Below, piece after piece: positions 24,655 to 37,139 of a DNA stretch of 64,000 nt. Within the stretch, counting starts at the first letter, position 1. Every line of letters begins with the position of its first letter. The translations under genes were made by a program, and so were the position numbers. The notes below the pieces were generated by a model. That model was not told the DNA's origin. It worked only from the letters and a program-made list of their open reading frames with translations, and did not search any database. This DNA is from Glaucostegus cemiculus. Lineage: Eukaryota. The stretch spans positions 5,084,001-5,148,000 of the forward strand of contig CDPCPM010000157.1 in assembly GCA_976551045.1 (NCBI GenBank), read 5' to 3'.

Positions 24655-24955
24655 ACCAGCACGATAGCATAGTGGTTAGCACAATGCTTTACAGCGCCAG
24701 CGACCTGGGTTCAAATCTGGCCACTGACTGTAAGGAGCTTGTATGTTCTCCCCGTGTCTGCGTGGGTTTCCTCCAGGTGCTCGGGTTCTCTCCCACATTG
24801 CAAAAGACGTACAGGTTAGGAAGTTGTGGGCGTGTTATGTTGGCGCCGGAAGCGGAGCGACACTTGTGGGCTGCCCCCCAAAATCACTACGCAAGAGATG
24901 TATTTCACTGTGTGTTTCGATGTACATGTGACTAATAAAGATCTCATCTTATCTA
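24655..24955 (+). mobile_element. V-SINE subfamily with Rex-like tail
   Basis: A-box gcatagtggttagc, B-box ggttcaaatc, V-domain, tail tttcactgtgtgtttcgatgtacatgtgactaataaa. Confidence 0.88.
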
Positions 24956-26004
24956 CATCTCTCTGCAGGGACAGCAAGGCATCAGTTACAGTTGAAGAGC
25001 AGGCTCCTCCTTTCTCCAGATCCTCCCGTGCTGGATTGTGAGACAAGAGTGACTGCGATTTCCCGTGAAGCCTGTGGTGCAGAGGAAGAATTAAGAGGGG
25101 GCAATGCTGCGCTGCCTCTCCCACAGGAGTGGTCCAGTCTGTCCGCTCAGCTGGGGAACACAGGTGCCCCATCGCCATTTTGAACAACGGAGGACGATCT
25201 TTCGACCGACAGCACCAGATTAACTTGCAGCTGCTGGTGGGATCTTGCTGTGCACAAACTGGCTGCTAGGTCCCCTTGCTTAAGGATAGTTACCGTTAGT
25301 TTGGACGTGCTTTGGGACATGCTGAAATGTGAAGGTGGCCTCACAAATGCAAACCAGAGACGTTCTTTAGACATCTCCGTCCAAGGCAGCTGAGGATTAG
25401 TCGCTGAGCACATTCCAGACAGATTGATTCATTTTTGAACATTAAGGGAAGCGAGAGATATGGGGTTAGTGCAGGGAAGTGGTGATGGAGTGGGGTACAT
25501 GGATGGGAACGGTTTAGAAGGTTATTGACCAAATGCTAGCAAATGGGATTAGCTTGGAGTTGGGCTGTAGGGCCTGTTTCCCTGCCTTATGACTCTAAAT
25601 GGTCAGCCACAATCTGAACAAATGAAGGAAATCGAGGGATATGGGGCTAGCGCAGGGAAGTGGTGCTGAGGTAAATGGTCAGCTTTGACATGAATGGATG
25701 ACAGAGCAGGCACAATGGGCTGAATGGCCTAGTCCTGTGTCCATTTCTCATGTTCACATGTCCTGTGAACGCCCGGCAGGTAACTGAGATTCAAGCGGGG
25801 GCTGAGGTATGCCCTTCTCCCCAGGGGGGTCAAGCTTCCTCCCTCAGATGCCGACTGGTGAAATGTGTGGCTTGGTAACCCCAAACACCACATCATCTCA
25901 GGTAATGGCACCTTCCACTGTAATGTAAGAAGCTACCTACCATTCTGCCCTTTAAATGCATGAAGAGAATTAACCTTCCAACTGCACTGCAGAACAGAAC
26001 CACA

Positions 26005-26176
26005 ATCACAAGATCACAAGACAAAGGAGTAGTAGTAGGCCATCCGGCCCATCGAGTCTGTTCTGCTATCTCACAATGAGCTAAACTATTCTCCCCTCTA
26101 GCCCCAATGTCCGGTCATTTCCCTATATCGCCCGATACCTTGACTAATTAGACACCTATCAATTTCCTCCTTAAAC
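26005..26176 (-). mobile_element. CR1 3' end
   Basis: FKEEIDR.L..QGI peptide; same subfamily as 52100-52365. Confidence 0.8.
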
Positions 26177-26519
26177 ACTGAAGGTGCGATCCACCCCGAG
26201 CAGGAACAGATCTCCGTCTCTGCAGCCCGAATCCAGCACAGAAGACACATAAGCGCAATTTTCAAATTTGGCCGCGCTCCAGCTTCCCATGTTACAGACC
26301 CAGAGCTGAACCCGGTATTTCTACCTGATGAGGGGTCTGATACAGAAGTTCTGCTTTGCAGCCTGAAGCCAAGAGGCTGAATCAAAGCTCAGCTGACAGG
26401 TCTAACGTGTTGAACCACACATTCTGCCACTTCCCTGTATCTGTCTGCTGCTGGTATCAACATTTCCTACAGTCCCTGGACTTGAAAACCATGGGCTCCC
26501 TTCCCCCTTATCCTAACTC

Positions 26520-27269
26520 TCAGAATCAGAATCAGAATCATTTTATTGTCACAACCATATACACACACACAGTCTGCATAGGAGCGAGATACCGTCCTCC
26601 ACAGGTGCACGTCACATTAAATAACAAGCAGAAGACACACTAAAAAACAAAACATTAAAACCATGAAAATTAAATTAAATTCAGCAGGTTAAATAAATAG
26701 TTTTAAAGTGAACGAACTGGTAGTGGGCATTTAAAGTGCTGGTGCGTTTCTGAGCGCCTAGCACCCTTTAGTGTTAACAGGGTAGATGGAGGAATGCGAG
26801 AGTTCACAGTTCTGATGGCTTGCGGGAAGAAGCTATTGCACAGCCTCGTCGTTCTCGCCCTGATGCATTTGAGCCTCTTTCCAGACGGCAAGAGTGTGAA
26901 GAGATGATGGGAGGGGTGAGGAGGATCCGACATTATATTTTTGGCCTTCCTAACACAATGGTCCTTGTATATGTCTGCGATGGAGGGGAGAGAGACAGTA
27001 ATGATCTTTTCCGCTGCCCTTACTATCCTCTGGAGGGACTTCTGTCCAGCAGCTGAGCAGCTCCCAAACCAGACAGTGATACATTGAGTTAGGATACTCT
27101 CGATGGTCCCTCTATAAAAAGTTTTCATTATCGAGGGATGGGAGTTCACTTTCCTCAGTCTCCGCAAGAAGTAGAGGCGTTTCTGGGCTTTCTTAGTGAG
27201 GGCCGTGGTGTTAGTGGACCAGGTCAGGTCATCAGTGACCTGCACCCCCAGGAACTTGGTGCTGCCTAC
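26520..27269 (-). mobile_element. 5'-truncated Rex1/Babar LINE with uninterrupted C-terminal ORF
   Basis: KFLGVQVTDDLTWSTNT..KKAQKRLYFLRRL..FYRGTIESILTQCITVWFG..DPPHPSHHLFTLLPSG..RTTRLCNSFFPQAIR; (TTCTGA)n tail at 26520-26540. Confidence 0.95.
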
Positions 27270-27374
27270 TTGGTTATGGTTGGTTATGTTCACATAACCA
27301 ATACATAACCAATACACAACCATGTCAGAAGATCAAGGTCCAATCCGAGAACATTTTATTACCAAGGCCGATTG

Positions 27375-27710
27375 AGTGGACAGTCAGAGACTTTCTCCCA
27401 GGGTGACAATGGCTAACATGAGGGGACATAATTTTAAGGTGATTGGAGGAAGTTATAAGGGGGATGTCAGCAGTGCTTTATTACACGGAGTGGTGGGTGC
27501 GTGGAATGCACTGGTTGTGGGGTCAGATACATTAGGAACATTTAAGAGATTCTTAGATAGACACATGAGTGATAGAGAAATGGGGGGCTATGTGGGAGGG
27601 AAGGGTTAGATAGATCTTAGAGCAGGATAACATGTCGGCAGAACATTGTGGGCCGAAGGGCCTGTACTATCCTGCCAGCAGGATAGCAGTTGTCCATGTT
27701 CTATGTTCAT
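27375..27710 (+). mobile_element. CR1 3' end
   Basis: RGHNFKV..VVGAWNAL..TFKRFLDRHM and tail. Confidence 0.88.
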
Positions 27711-27724
27711 TGGGGAAGTAAATA

Positions 27725-28352
27725 GATAAATTGGTTTATTTTTGTCACAGGTACTGAAGTACAGTAAAAAAAACTTTGTTGTGTATGCCTTCCATACAGA
27801 TCATTTCATCACATCAGTGCTTTGAGGGAGTACAAGGGAAAGCTATAACAGAATGCAGCAGATAGTGTTACAGTTACAGAGAAAGTGCAGTGCAGCCAAG
27901 CAATAATGTGCAAGGCCATAACAGGGGAGTTTGTGATGTCAAAGGTCCATCTTATCATACTAGAGGACCATTCAATAGTCTTATACCAACAGGATAGAAG
28001 CTGTCCTTGAGTCTGGTGGTACGTGCTTGCAGGCTTTTGTATCTTCTGCCTGATGAGAGAAGGAAGAAGAGAGAATGTCCGGGATGGGTGGCGTCTTTGG
28101 TTATGTCGGCTGCTTGACTGAGGCAGTGAGAGGTGCATAACAGAGTTCATGGAGGGGAAGTTGGTTTTCATGTTATACTGGGCTGTGACCATAACACTCT
28201 GCAGTTTCTTGCAGTCCTGGGCAGAGCAGTTGCCATACCAAGCTGTGATGCATCCAGATAGAATTCCTTCCATGGTGCATCGATAAAAATTGGTGAGGGT
28301 CAAAGGGGACATGCTGAAACTCTATAGGCTCCTGTGGAAGTAGATGCATTGG
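27725..28352 (-). mobile_element. Rex1/Babar LINE 3' fragment
   Basis: MSPLTLTNFYRCTMEGILSGCITAWYGNCSAQDCKKLQ, frameshifted further on. Confidence 0.92.
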
Positions 28353-29499
28353 TGTTATACTGCTCAAGGTTTTGGCATTTGGCACACGTTAAAGCTGAGC
28401 TTCACTGAGCTTGTTCAGGGACTCCTGAGAAATTCCACGGTACCATTTTAAGAAGAACGAGGAATTCATTTAAACACAAATTAACCTCATTGCTCATGGG
28501 ATCTGGCTGTGCACAGACTTGCCCATTTAGCAAGAATATACAAGAGGAAGAACACAGATAAAGTGAAGCATTCACAAGGATAGAGGGATTTATGTGACAG
28601 AGATATGAGAAAGAGAAACAAATGCACACTGATAGCACAGAGAAATTTGTGTCCATCAGTACAGTTGGATTTCAGCCAAGCTCCTCATGTAAAAGAAAAG
28701 TAATATATTCTACCACTGAACCCAATTCTATCATTTCAGACTTTAGCTATAATATTGTCCATCTGCTCAGGTCCTCTACCAAAGATCACCTACAGATCCC
28801 AGAGTCTCAGGATGCCATGATCTTCCACAACACAACAGTAGACCTGAGGGCTGAATGGCCAACCCTTGCTCTTATCTGTGATGTTCTTGAGAGATGGCAG
28901 TCCATTCCTTCATGTAAAGCATTCAGCTTCTTCTCACCATTTGCCAGAAGAGTATCAGGAGTAGGTGTGCTGGGGGTTGGAGGGTGGGGGGTGGATGGTA
29001 GTAACCAGACACTAGAGGAGCTGGAGGTGAAGTACCCAAATCCCACTGGAGTCAAGACTTACTCCTCTGTCGACTCTCGAGGTCAACCCTTTGCTTTGGA
29101 TGTGAGGAGATCAGAATTTGGGCCCGTATTTCCATATGACACAGAAAGAGACCATTCAGCCCATCGAGTCCAGGCCAGCTTACAGAGGAATCCCGTTCCC
29201 CTCCTAATTTTCCCTGTAACCTATTTTCCCCACATCCCCGATAATTCTACTGCACAACCACAGTTTTCAGTGGCCAATTAACTCATCAACCTGTACACCT
29301 TTGGGTGTGGGAGGAACCCCAAGCAGTCACAGGGAGAATAAGCAAACTTTACACAGACAGCACTGGAAGTCAGGATTGAACTGGTATCACTGGAACAGAG
29401 GCAGCAGCTCCATTAGCCGCACTGCTATACCATCCAGTCAATACAGCCCCCAGTGGATCCAATGAGAAAGTCAGGAGGAGCTTCATCAGGAATTACACA

Positions 29500-29738
29500 G
29501 AGATGGACTCTGACCTCATGATCTACCTTGTTGTGACCTTGCACCTTACTGCACTGCACTTTCCCTGTAGCTGTGACACTTTACTTTGCACTGTTATTGT
29601 TTTTACCTGTAGTACCTCAATGCACTCTGTACTAACTCAATGTCACTGCAGTGTGCAATGAATTGACCTGTACGATCAGTATGCAAGACAAGTTTATCGC
29701 TGTACCTCGGTACAAGTGACAATAATAAACCAATACCA
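29500..29738 (+). mobile_element. Rex1/Babar 3' UTR
   Basis: Closely matches 21490-21741. Confidence 0.88.
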
Positions 29739-30617
29739 GTTGGTGGAGTCACCACCTTTTGGAGTGGTTGAAATGAACAATGCAGCTACTGTTGGGGGGA
29801 TGATGGATGAACACGCGAAAGGGAAAGGAACAGTAGGTTATGGTGATAGGGGGAGGTTAAGGACGGGTTTCAGGTGCATCGACATTGGGTCAACACGTTG
29901 GGCCAAACTGCTGAGATCTCACTGCTTCCCTTTCCCTGCTGCTGTTTTGCTCTCATTTCTTCCCCCCCTCCCACCTTTCTTTGTCTTTGTTGCTTTCTCA
30001 GTGTTTAGTTTTTGGTCCCCTGGCACCAGAGATTAATGGAGCATGGGATAATGAGTGCCTGGAGTCCTGGAACTCCTGAAGTCCTCCAGTGTTGCTGAGC
30101 TGGTGCCATCAGGCTGCCTGCCCCCACTGGGTCTGTTACTATTTATGGGACAGAGTGACAGACAGCCCCATGATAGCAGCACAGAGGATGTTCCAAAGGG
30201 TATATGATCCTTATTAAGCTGATTAATGAGGTTTATTCTTCAAATGTCAGCGGCTGAATATTTGGAAATGAATGATATTTATCTTATTAAAAGCATAAAG
30301 CAACAGGAGCCTGTGCGCAATAGAGAACAGAGTGTCAGGATCAGTTCTTTTGGGGATCCAGTGAAGCCTGTGCTTGGAGTGAAGTGGAGAGGCAGCTTTG
30401 TGCACACCAGGTTAGGAATCAGCCCATTAAGTATTGAGGCTAAGTAGAGGAAGCTTTAACCACATGTACCAGCGCTCAGCAAACGCGTTCCAACTTCTCG
30501 CAAGGAACCGGCATGGACAAGGCTCAAGAATGCACACAGGAACCTTTGACCCTCCATTCTTGTTCGAAAGAACATCATATGCTTAGACAGACATGTTCTG
30601 TGCTTGACTGCAGAGCG

Positions 30618-30862
30618 CAGTACGGTAACGTAGCGGTTAGCGAGATGCCATTACAGCACCAGCGATTGGGGTTCGATTCCCGTCGCTGTCAGTAAGGAGT
30701 TTGTACGTTCCCCCGTGTCAGTGTGGGCTTCTCCGGGTGTTCCGGTTTCCTCCCACATTGCAAAGACGTACGTGTAGGTAAATTTGGGTTTAAAATGGGC
30801 GGCGCGGACTCATTGGGCCGGAAGGGCCTGTTACCACGCTGTTAATAAAATTTAAATTTAAT
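30618..30862 (+). mobile_element. Young V-SINE with CR1-type tail
   Basis: A/B boxes, V-domain and tail. Confidence 0.92.
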
Positions 30863-31482
30863 GTGCCCCTGACTGATACAGCTACCGCGCAGAGTTCCAG
30901 AGTTAACCTTGTATGTATAAATAAAAACCTTTCAATGCAACTTCTGTTTTGTCCATTCAGTTCTTCGAGTCCTTTTGATGTAGCCCTACCTGTAATCCAA
31001 ATCCTAACCTTATTAGGTTATTTGTACCCCTACTCCGTGCACCTCACTCCCACCCTGTCCCAGGACAGCAGCTGCTTTCTGGAGATTTTCACCTTGCTCA
31101 CTCTCACCTATCCCATCGCTAACCTTACCAATGTGCCTCTTGTTTTGGATTCCTCCCACCCAACGACCAACCAAAATAGTGGCTCTGCCACCATCCTGCT
31201 GAACTCAATCAGATGAGCCCTCCGATATTTGAAACTCAAGGGAGTGTGAACCTCAGAACTGAACCCAATGTCACTCCAGCAGGTATACACTTTGCCTCAA
31301 TCAACAAATTATCCTGAGATCAGAGCTCAAAAGTCAACAGATGGGTCTGATCAAGCCATTGAATCACTTGCAACAAACAGTCTGCTGGAAGAACTCAGGG
31401 GGTCAAGCAGTGTCTGTGGGGGGGAGGGGGGAAAGGAACTGTCAACATTTCGGGTCAAAACCCTGCATCAGGACCCTGACTC

Positions 31483-31872
31483 TGTCACAATGTTGATTGA
31501 AGAGCAAGATCACAGAGAACCCAAATGCAGCACACTGGTACAAGACTGGAGTCAGGATACTTCCTCAGGACGAAGGAAATCTTGCCTTGGAGATCTGAGT
31601 AGTAATCCCAATACAAACTGAATCTTCAAGCAGGACTAGGGAATGCAGGACTGCTCTAGAGTAGACCACTCTAAGCAGCAAGGAGCCAAAGAATACCCAA
31701 AGGTTGACCAATCCTCTGGCAACTAGTGCTAGAGAAACCCAGGTACTTATGCTAGGCCCCTGATGGGGCTCAGGTGTGTGTCATTGTGCAATCAGTCCAG
31801 CATGGAATCCATGTGCTGTACAACGAGGCATCTAAGGAGCCAAATCAAGGGCCAGTACTCAGAATCATGACA
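31483..31872 (-). mobile_element. Solo LTR (Gypsy-like), 390 bp
   Basis: Starts TGTCACA and ends TCATGACA (TG..CA with TGTCA/TGACA inverted ends), flanked by perfect 5-bp TSD GACTC (31478-31482 and 31873-31877). Strand is inferred. Confidence 0.8.
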
Positions 31873-31905
31873 GACTCAACCCGAAATGTTTACAATTCCT
31901 TTTCA

Positions 31906-32200
31906 TTGAACATAGAACGCTACAGAACAGTACAGGCCCTTCAGCCCACAATGTTGTGCCGACATTTTATCCTGCTCTAAGATCTATCTAATCCTTCCCT
32001 CCTACATTGCCCCCTACTTTTCTATCATTCATGTGTCTATCTAAGAGCCTCTTAAATGTCCCTAAAGTATCTGCCCCCCACAACCTCTGCAGGCAGTGTG
32101 TTCCACGCACCCACCACTCTCTGTGTAAACAACTTACCTCTGACATCCCCCTTATACCTTCCTCCAATCACCTTAAAATGATGTCCCCTCGTGTTAGCCA
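31906..32200 (-). mobile_element. CR1 3' end
   Basis: Reverse complement of the subfamily at 27375-27710. Confidence 0.88.
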
Positions 32201-32464
32201 ATTTCCTCCCACAGATGCTGCTCAACCCACTTGAGTTCCTCCAGCATCTTGTGTGTTGCTGTCCCCTGCAAGCTTCCCGTCCTAATATTCCAGAACCACT
32301 GTGGGAAGAGTGCTTATCACCCGCTTAGCTCTTCCAGCAATGTTCCAGGTTTGTTGCGCTGTGCTTCACATCCACCTTTGCACTCTGCTGGTGGCCTTCC
32401 TGCAACCAAGTGTGGGGGGCACCAGAACCAGGCACTCATGCAGTGCCCACCAGTTCTGTGGCAC

Positions 32465-32945
32465 CACAGACTCACAGATGTACAGTATAGAAACAGGCCC
32501 TTCAGCCCACCATGTCTAGGGCGACTATCTTGTCTATCTAATAGTAAACCCACTTGCCTGCATTAGTTTCACACCCCTCTGTGCCCCATTCGTTCAAGGA
32601 CCTGCCTGGGTACTTCTTAAATGTCGTTACTGTTCATGCCGCCAAGACCTCCTCTGGAGCTCATTCCAGATACTATTCCAGATTGCCGCTCAGATCTCCT
32701 ATAAACTGCCCCCCTCTCACTTTAAACCTATGCCCTCTAGTTTTAGACACCCCTATCAAAGGAAACAGGCTGTGACTATCTACCCTGTCTATGCCTCTCG
32801 GAATTTTATATCCTTCCAACATGTCACCTCTCAGACTCCTTCACTCCAGGGAGAACAGTCCCAGCCTATCCAATCTCTCCTGATATCTGAAGCTCTCCAA
32901 TCCAGGCAACATCCTTGCGAATCTTTCCTGCACCCTGTCCACACC
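32465..32945 (-). mobile_element. CR1 3' end
   Basis: RVQERFARMLPGLESFRYQERLDRLGLFSLE. Confidence 0.9.
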
Positions 32946-35269
32946 GCATCCAGAGCAGAGCACCGGCCTGCATTGCTTCATGGCGATGGGAGTCACAGTG
33001 ACAGCAGAAAACTGCAGTGCTGGTGGCCCCATGTTACCCCAGGTGTCTTGCCTTTCCTTACGGCATACAATCAGGCCATTCGACCCATTGAGTCTATGCC
33101 AGCCCACAGAGCATCAGTCCCACTCCCCAACTTACTGCCCTTTCACCCTGCATTCTCCCTCACATGCCTATCAACTCCCTACCCCTGATTCCGTCACTCA
33201 CCGACCCCTCGGGTTAGTACAGCAGTCCAACCAACCAGCACATCTTCGGATATGGTACGAACACGGAGCAGCCAAGGGGAAACACACACAGTCACGGGGG
33301 GACATGCAAACTCCACACAAACACCGCTCAAGGTCAGGATTGAACCTAGGTTGTTGGTGCAGCACTAACTGCTGCAACACTCTGCCTCCTCCAACTGTGT
33401 GACCATTAAGAAAGCAGCATCTTCTTCAAGAGTGTCTAAGTCAAGCTGTTTCAGTTTACTTAATAGGCTGTGCACGTTGTCATTAACTTACCAACTAGCA
33501 CATCTCTGGATACAAAACGACACTGTAGCACCCAGGGGAAACAGACATGGTCACAGGGAGAATGTGCAAACACCACACAGACAGAACCAGAGGTCAGGAT
33601 TGAACTCGGATTCACTGGAGCTGTGAGGCAGCAGCATTAACTCTGGGCCCAGGCAGCAGTGAGCCACCGAGTTCTGCCCGACTGTAGCGGACACCAGCTG
33701 CTTAGGGAGGTTGTATGGCGGCAGACTGACATAACAGCAGCCCGGAGTGTTGAGTCACCCAGACTACAGCTCCTGGTCCACTTGTCCCCTAGGGAGCAAT
33801 GCATCACACGGTCTTGCCTCCCTCACACGAGGCAGCTTAGGTTTAGACACAGTGCCCATTGACGTGAGGAGTTCCAACTGCTTCGCGGGGTCTTGAGGGA
33901 GTTATTTGACTCTGCCAAGAGCTGATTTCATAAAGGTCCCTGCAGGACAATGTAATTTAAAATTCACAAAAACTATCTAGCTATTGTCACAATGTTAATT
34001 ACTGCACTGTGCAGCTGTGCTCAAAGAAAACATTCTCTGGCCAGTTCAAACCTACAAGGCAGAGGATACCTTTGCTCGACCCAAGGGATGGGCAGCAGGT
34101 CTCCAATCTCCCTGATCCTCAGAGGGACATTTTTACAGCCTCCCATTGCCCCTTTCTATTTTTTTATATAGAAGCCTCATTCATCTATAAAGCTAGATGT
34201 TAATCATTCTCTCCAACCTTTAAAGTTGTCATGGACTGACAACGCACATTGTCTGGACAGCAGTGGTCATTGGATAGTGATCAGGGTCCTGAACCCCAGC
34301 AAAGTCTGTCACTCCTCTGCCCATCTCTAATGGCCTACTGGGCTCAGATGGCTGTGTTCCAACGGGCAATCTAACTTAAGTCCAACAAATGATCGAAACC
34401 ATTCTGACTGGGCTCTTTTCCAAAGCCCATCTGATTTACTGTCCCAATATTTATTGCCAAGGCCACGGTCGACTCAGATAACCTTGATGTACCAGAGCCC
34501 TGCCAACTTCTGTTAGCAGAGCTCAGAGATGGAGGACGGCTCATCCCAAGAGTCTGGTTCCAATGGAAGCTGGCGGCTCTTCCCTTCTCCCCTTCCTCCT
34601 ACGACCCACAGGATGTTTGAACTCATGCCTCACCCAATCACCATGTCCAGCTTATTGCTTCTTCTCTCTCAGTCTTTTCAATGCTCTCCCTTGGATGATA
34701 AGTGGTAAAGAAACAAGACTGTTGACCTTGATGAGTTTGTCAGGTTGGCATGAAAGGAGTTTATCCATTCCTTTTGATTTCCTGGACCTGGAAGGATGCA
34801 AATTCAATCCTAAGCCTTTGTTCATTGGCTGATCTAGGCTTGACTGGTAACAGGATTGGTTCTGATATCCCTGGGTCATGTGGACAAGTCAGTGCAGATT
34901 GCCAATCTAGACCAGTCTCCAACAACCTCAGACAGAAGACCTGCATTTATATACCACTTCTAACAACCTTGGGAAATTCCAAAATATTTAACAATCTATG
35001 AGGTATTCTTGGAATTGTTAACAATGCTGTAATATGAGCTCGGAAGAAAATAACCCATGAAAGCTCATTATGAACTTTCAGTCCTACAAAAGGGTCAGTT
35101 GGATGACATATGCCAGAAGATGCTCTTTACTGCGACACACCAGAGGAAGACATTCACTGTGACACACCAGAAGATGGCCTTCTATTTATTTTTTTTGGGA
35201 GGGGGAAGTGGAATCAGAACACCATCAGCAAGGCCAGCATTTATTGCCCCTCCCTTTCCGTTCTTGAGA

Positions 35270-35516
35270 ATTTTAAATTTAAATTTTATTTACAGCGTGG
35301 TAACAGGCCCTTTCAGCCCTCCGAGTCCACAACGCCCATTTTAAACCCCCAAATTAACCTACCCGTAAGTCTTTCAGAATGTGGGAGGAAACCGGAGCAC
35401 CCGGAGGAAACCCACGCAGACACGGGAGAACGTACAATCTCCTCACAGACAGTGACGGGAATCGAACCCCGATCGCTGGCACTGTAACAGCGTCGCGCTA
35501 ACCGCTACGCTATCAT
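35270..35516 (-). mobile_element. Young V-SINE nested in an older LINE tail (about 35205-35800)
   Basis: Full A/B boxes and V-domain on the minus strand. Confidence 0.92.
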
Positions 35517-35867
35517 GTGAGCTGCCTGCTTGAACCAGTGCGGGCCTATTGATGAAAATTCTTCAACAGTGATGTCAGGGAAGGAGTTTCAGGGTTTAGA
35601 ATGAATGGCAAGGAAGAACTGGTGATATATTTGCAAACCAGAATGGTGTAGGACTTGGAGGGGAATTCCTGCCTGCAATGATGTCCCCATGTTCCTTTAG
35701 TCCGTGTCCTTCTTGGTGTGGTGGTCACAGGTTTGGGAGGTGCTCTCAGAGGAGCCTGGGTGAATAACTATAATACATTTTGTAGACGGACTCACTGTAG
35801 TCAATACATATCAGCTGTGAAGGGGATAAATGTTCAGTGTGGTGGGAGGAATGTGAATCAAGGGCGT

Positions 35868-36428
35868 CATGGAGTTATAGAATCATACAGCATGGAAACA
35901 GGCCCTTCAGCCCAAGTGGGCAATGTTGGCCAAGATTCACAGCTAAGCTGGTCCCATTTACCTGCGCATGGCTCATATCCCCCGTGCACCTATACAAGTA
36001 CCTTTTAAACGTCGTTAATGTACCTGCCTCAACCTCTTCCTCTGGCAGCTCATTTCATACACTGTCCACCCTTTGGGTTAAAAAGTTGCCCCTCAGGTGT
36101 CTACTAATTCTCTCCCCACTCACCTTAAAGCTCTGCCCTCTGGTTCTTGATATCCCAACCCTGAGAAAAAGACTGTGTGCTTTCACCCCTCTATGCCCCT
36201 CATAATCTTATACACCTCCATAAGATCACCCCTCATTCTCCTATGCTCCAATGAAAAAAGTTCCAACCTGCTCAACCTCTCTCCATAACTCAGCCCCTTG
36301 TGTCCTGGTGACATCCTCATAAATCTCCTCTGCACCCTCTCCAGCTTAATGGCATCTTTCCCATAGCAGGGTGACCAAACCAGAACACAACAGACCAAAT
36401 GCGGCCTCACCAACACCTTGTGCAACTA
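35868..36428 (-). mobile_element. CR1 3' end
   Basis: KVLVRPHL..CV.VWSP....KLERVQRRF..LELFSLEHRRMRGDLMEVYKIMRG. Confidence 0.93.
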
Positions 36429-37139
36429 ATCATGGTCCCGAATGGTCGCTTTGTCCTGAATGATGTTGGCTTCTTGGTGCTGAACTCATCTAGACAAGTG
36501 GAGAGTATCCCATCACGCCCCTGGCTTGTGCCTTGTAGGTGATGGAAAAACCTTTGGAGCATCAGGGGGTGAATCACTCACAGGGGGATACGCAGTGTCA
36601 GAGCTGTTGTGGTCCTCACAATATTGATAGAACTGATCCAGTGGTGCTTCTGATCAATGGTCACCCCCTTGTTGTTTACCGTGGGTGGCTCTGCAATGAT
36701 GGTAAAACTCACCACCTGCCACTTCCGTGCCTCTTATCAGAGCGTGCCTGTGGCACACTGGAGGAAGACACTTACTGCAACACGTGCCAGAGGATGGCCT
36801 GTGTACGACTGGGAAGGTGGTGCTGAGGCCAAGACTGGGTCAGCATGACCTTACTGAATGACAGAGCAGGGTCAAGGGGCCGATTGGCCCACTCCTGCTC
36901 TTGCTCAAAGGTGTCGGTGTTCAATGTCTTCAGAAGAAGAGTGGAGAAGAACAAAACCTTGGTCATGCCGGAGGATAGTCTTTATTGTGACATACACTGG
37001 AAGATTATTGATAAGGCTTTGCCCCTCCTTATTTCCATTATTTCCCCCTGCTCCACTCCACCATCTTTGAACTCCTCCATTCCTGGCCCTTGACCATCTC
37101 TGATTTCAGTTGCTCCACCAACGTTGGACAGCTAACAGG

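Larger units (their letters stand above)
31370..32260. mobile_element. Penelope-derived hairpin element split by a solo LTR and a CR1
   Basis: Left arm 31370-31482; right arm pieces 31873-31905 and 32201-32260. Confidence 0.7.

Noticed and set aside
26324-26350. CTGATGA as another hammerhead
   Set aside because: No stem II and no GAAA at the required spacing.
26703-27323. 206-aa ORF as a cellular gene
   Set aside because: It is the C-terminus of a Rex1/Babar LINE protein; the apparent N-terminus is junction sequence.
28622-29281. 219-aa plus-strand ORF
   Set aside because: No recognisable domain; it runs through a G-rich patch and into a SINE remnant.
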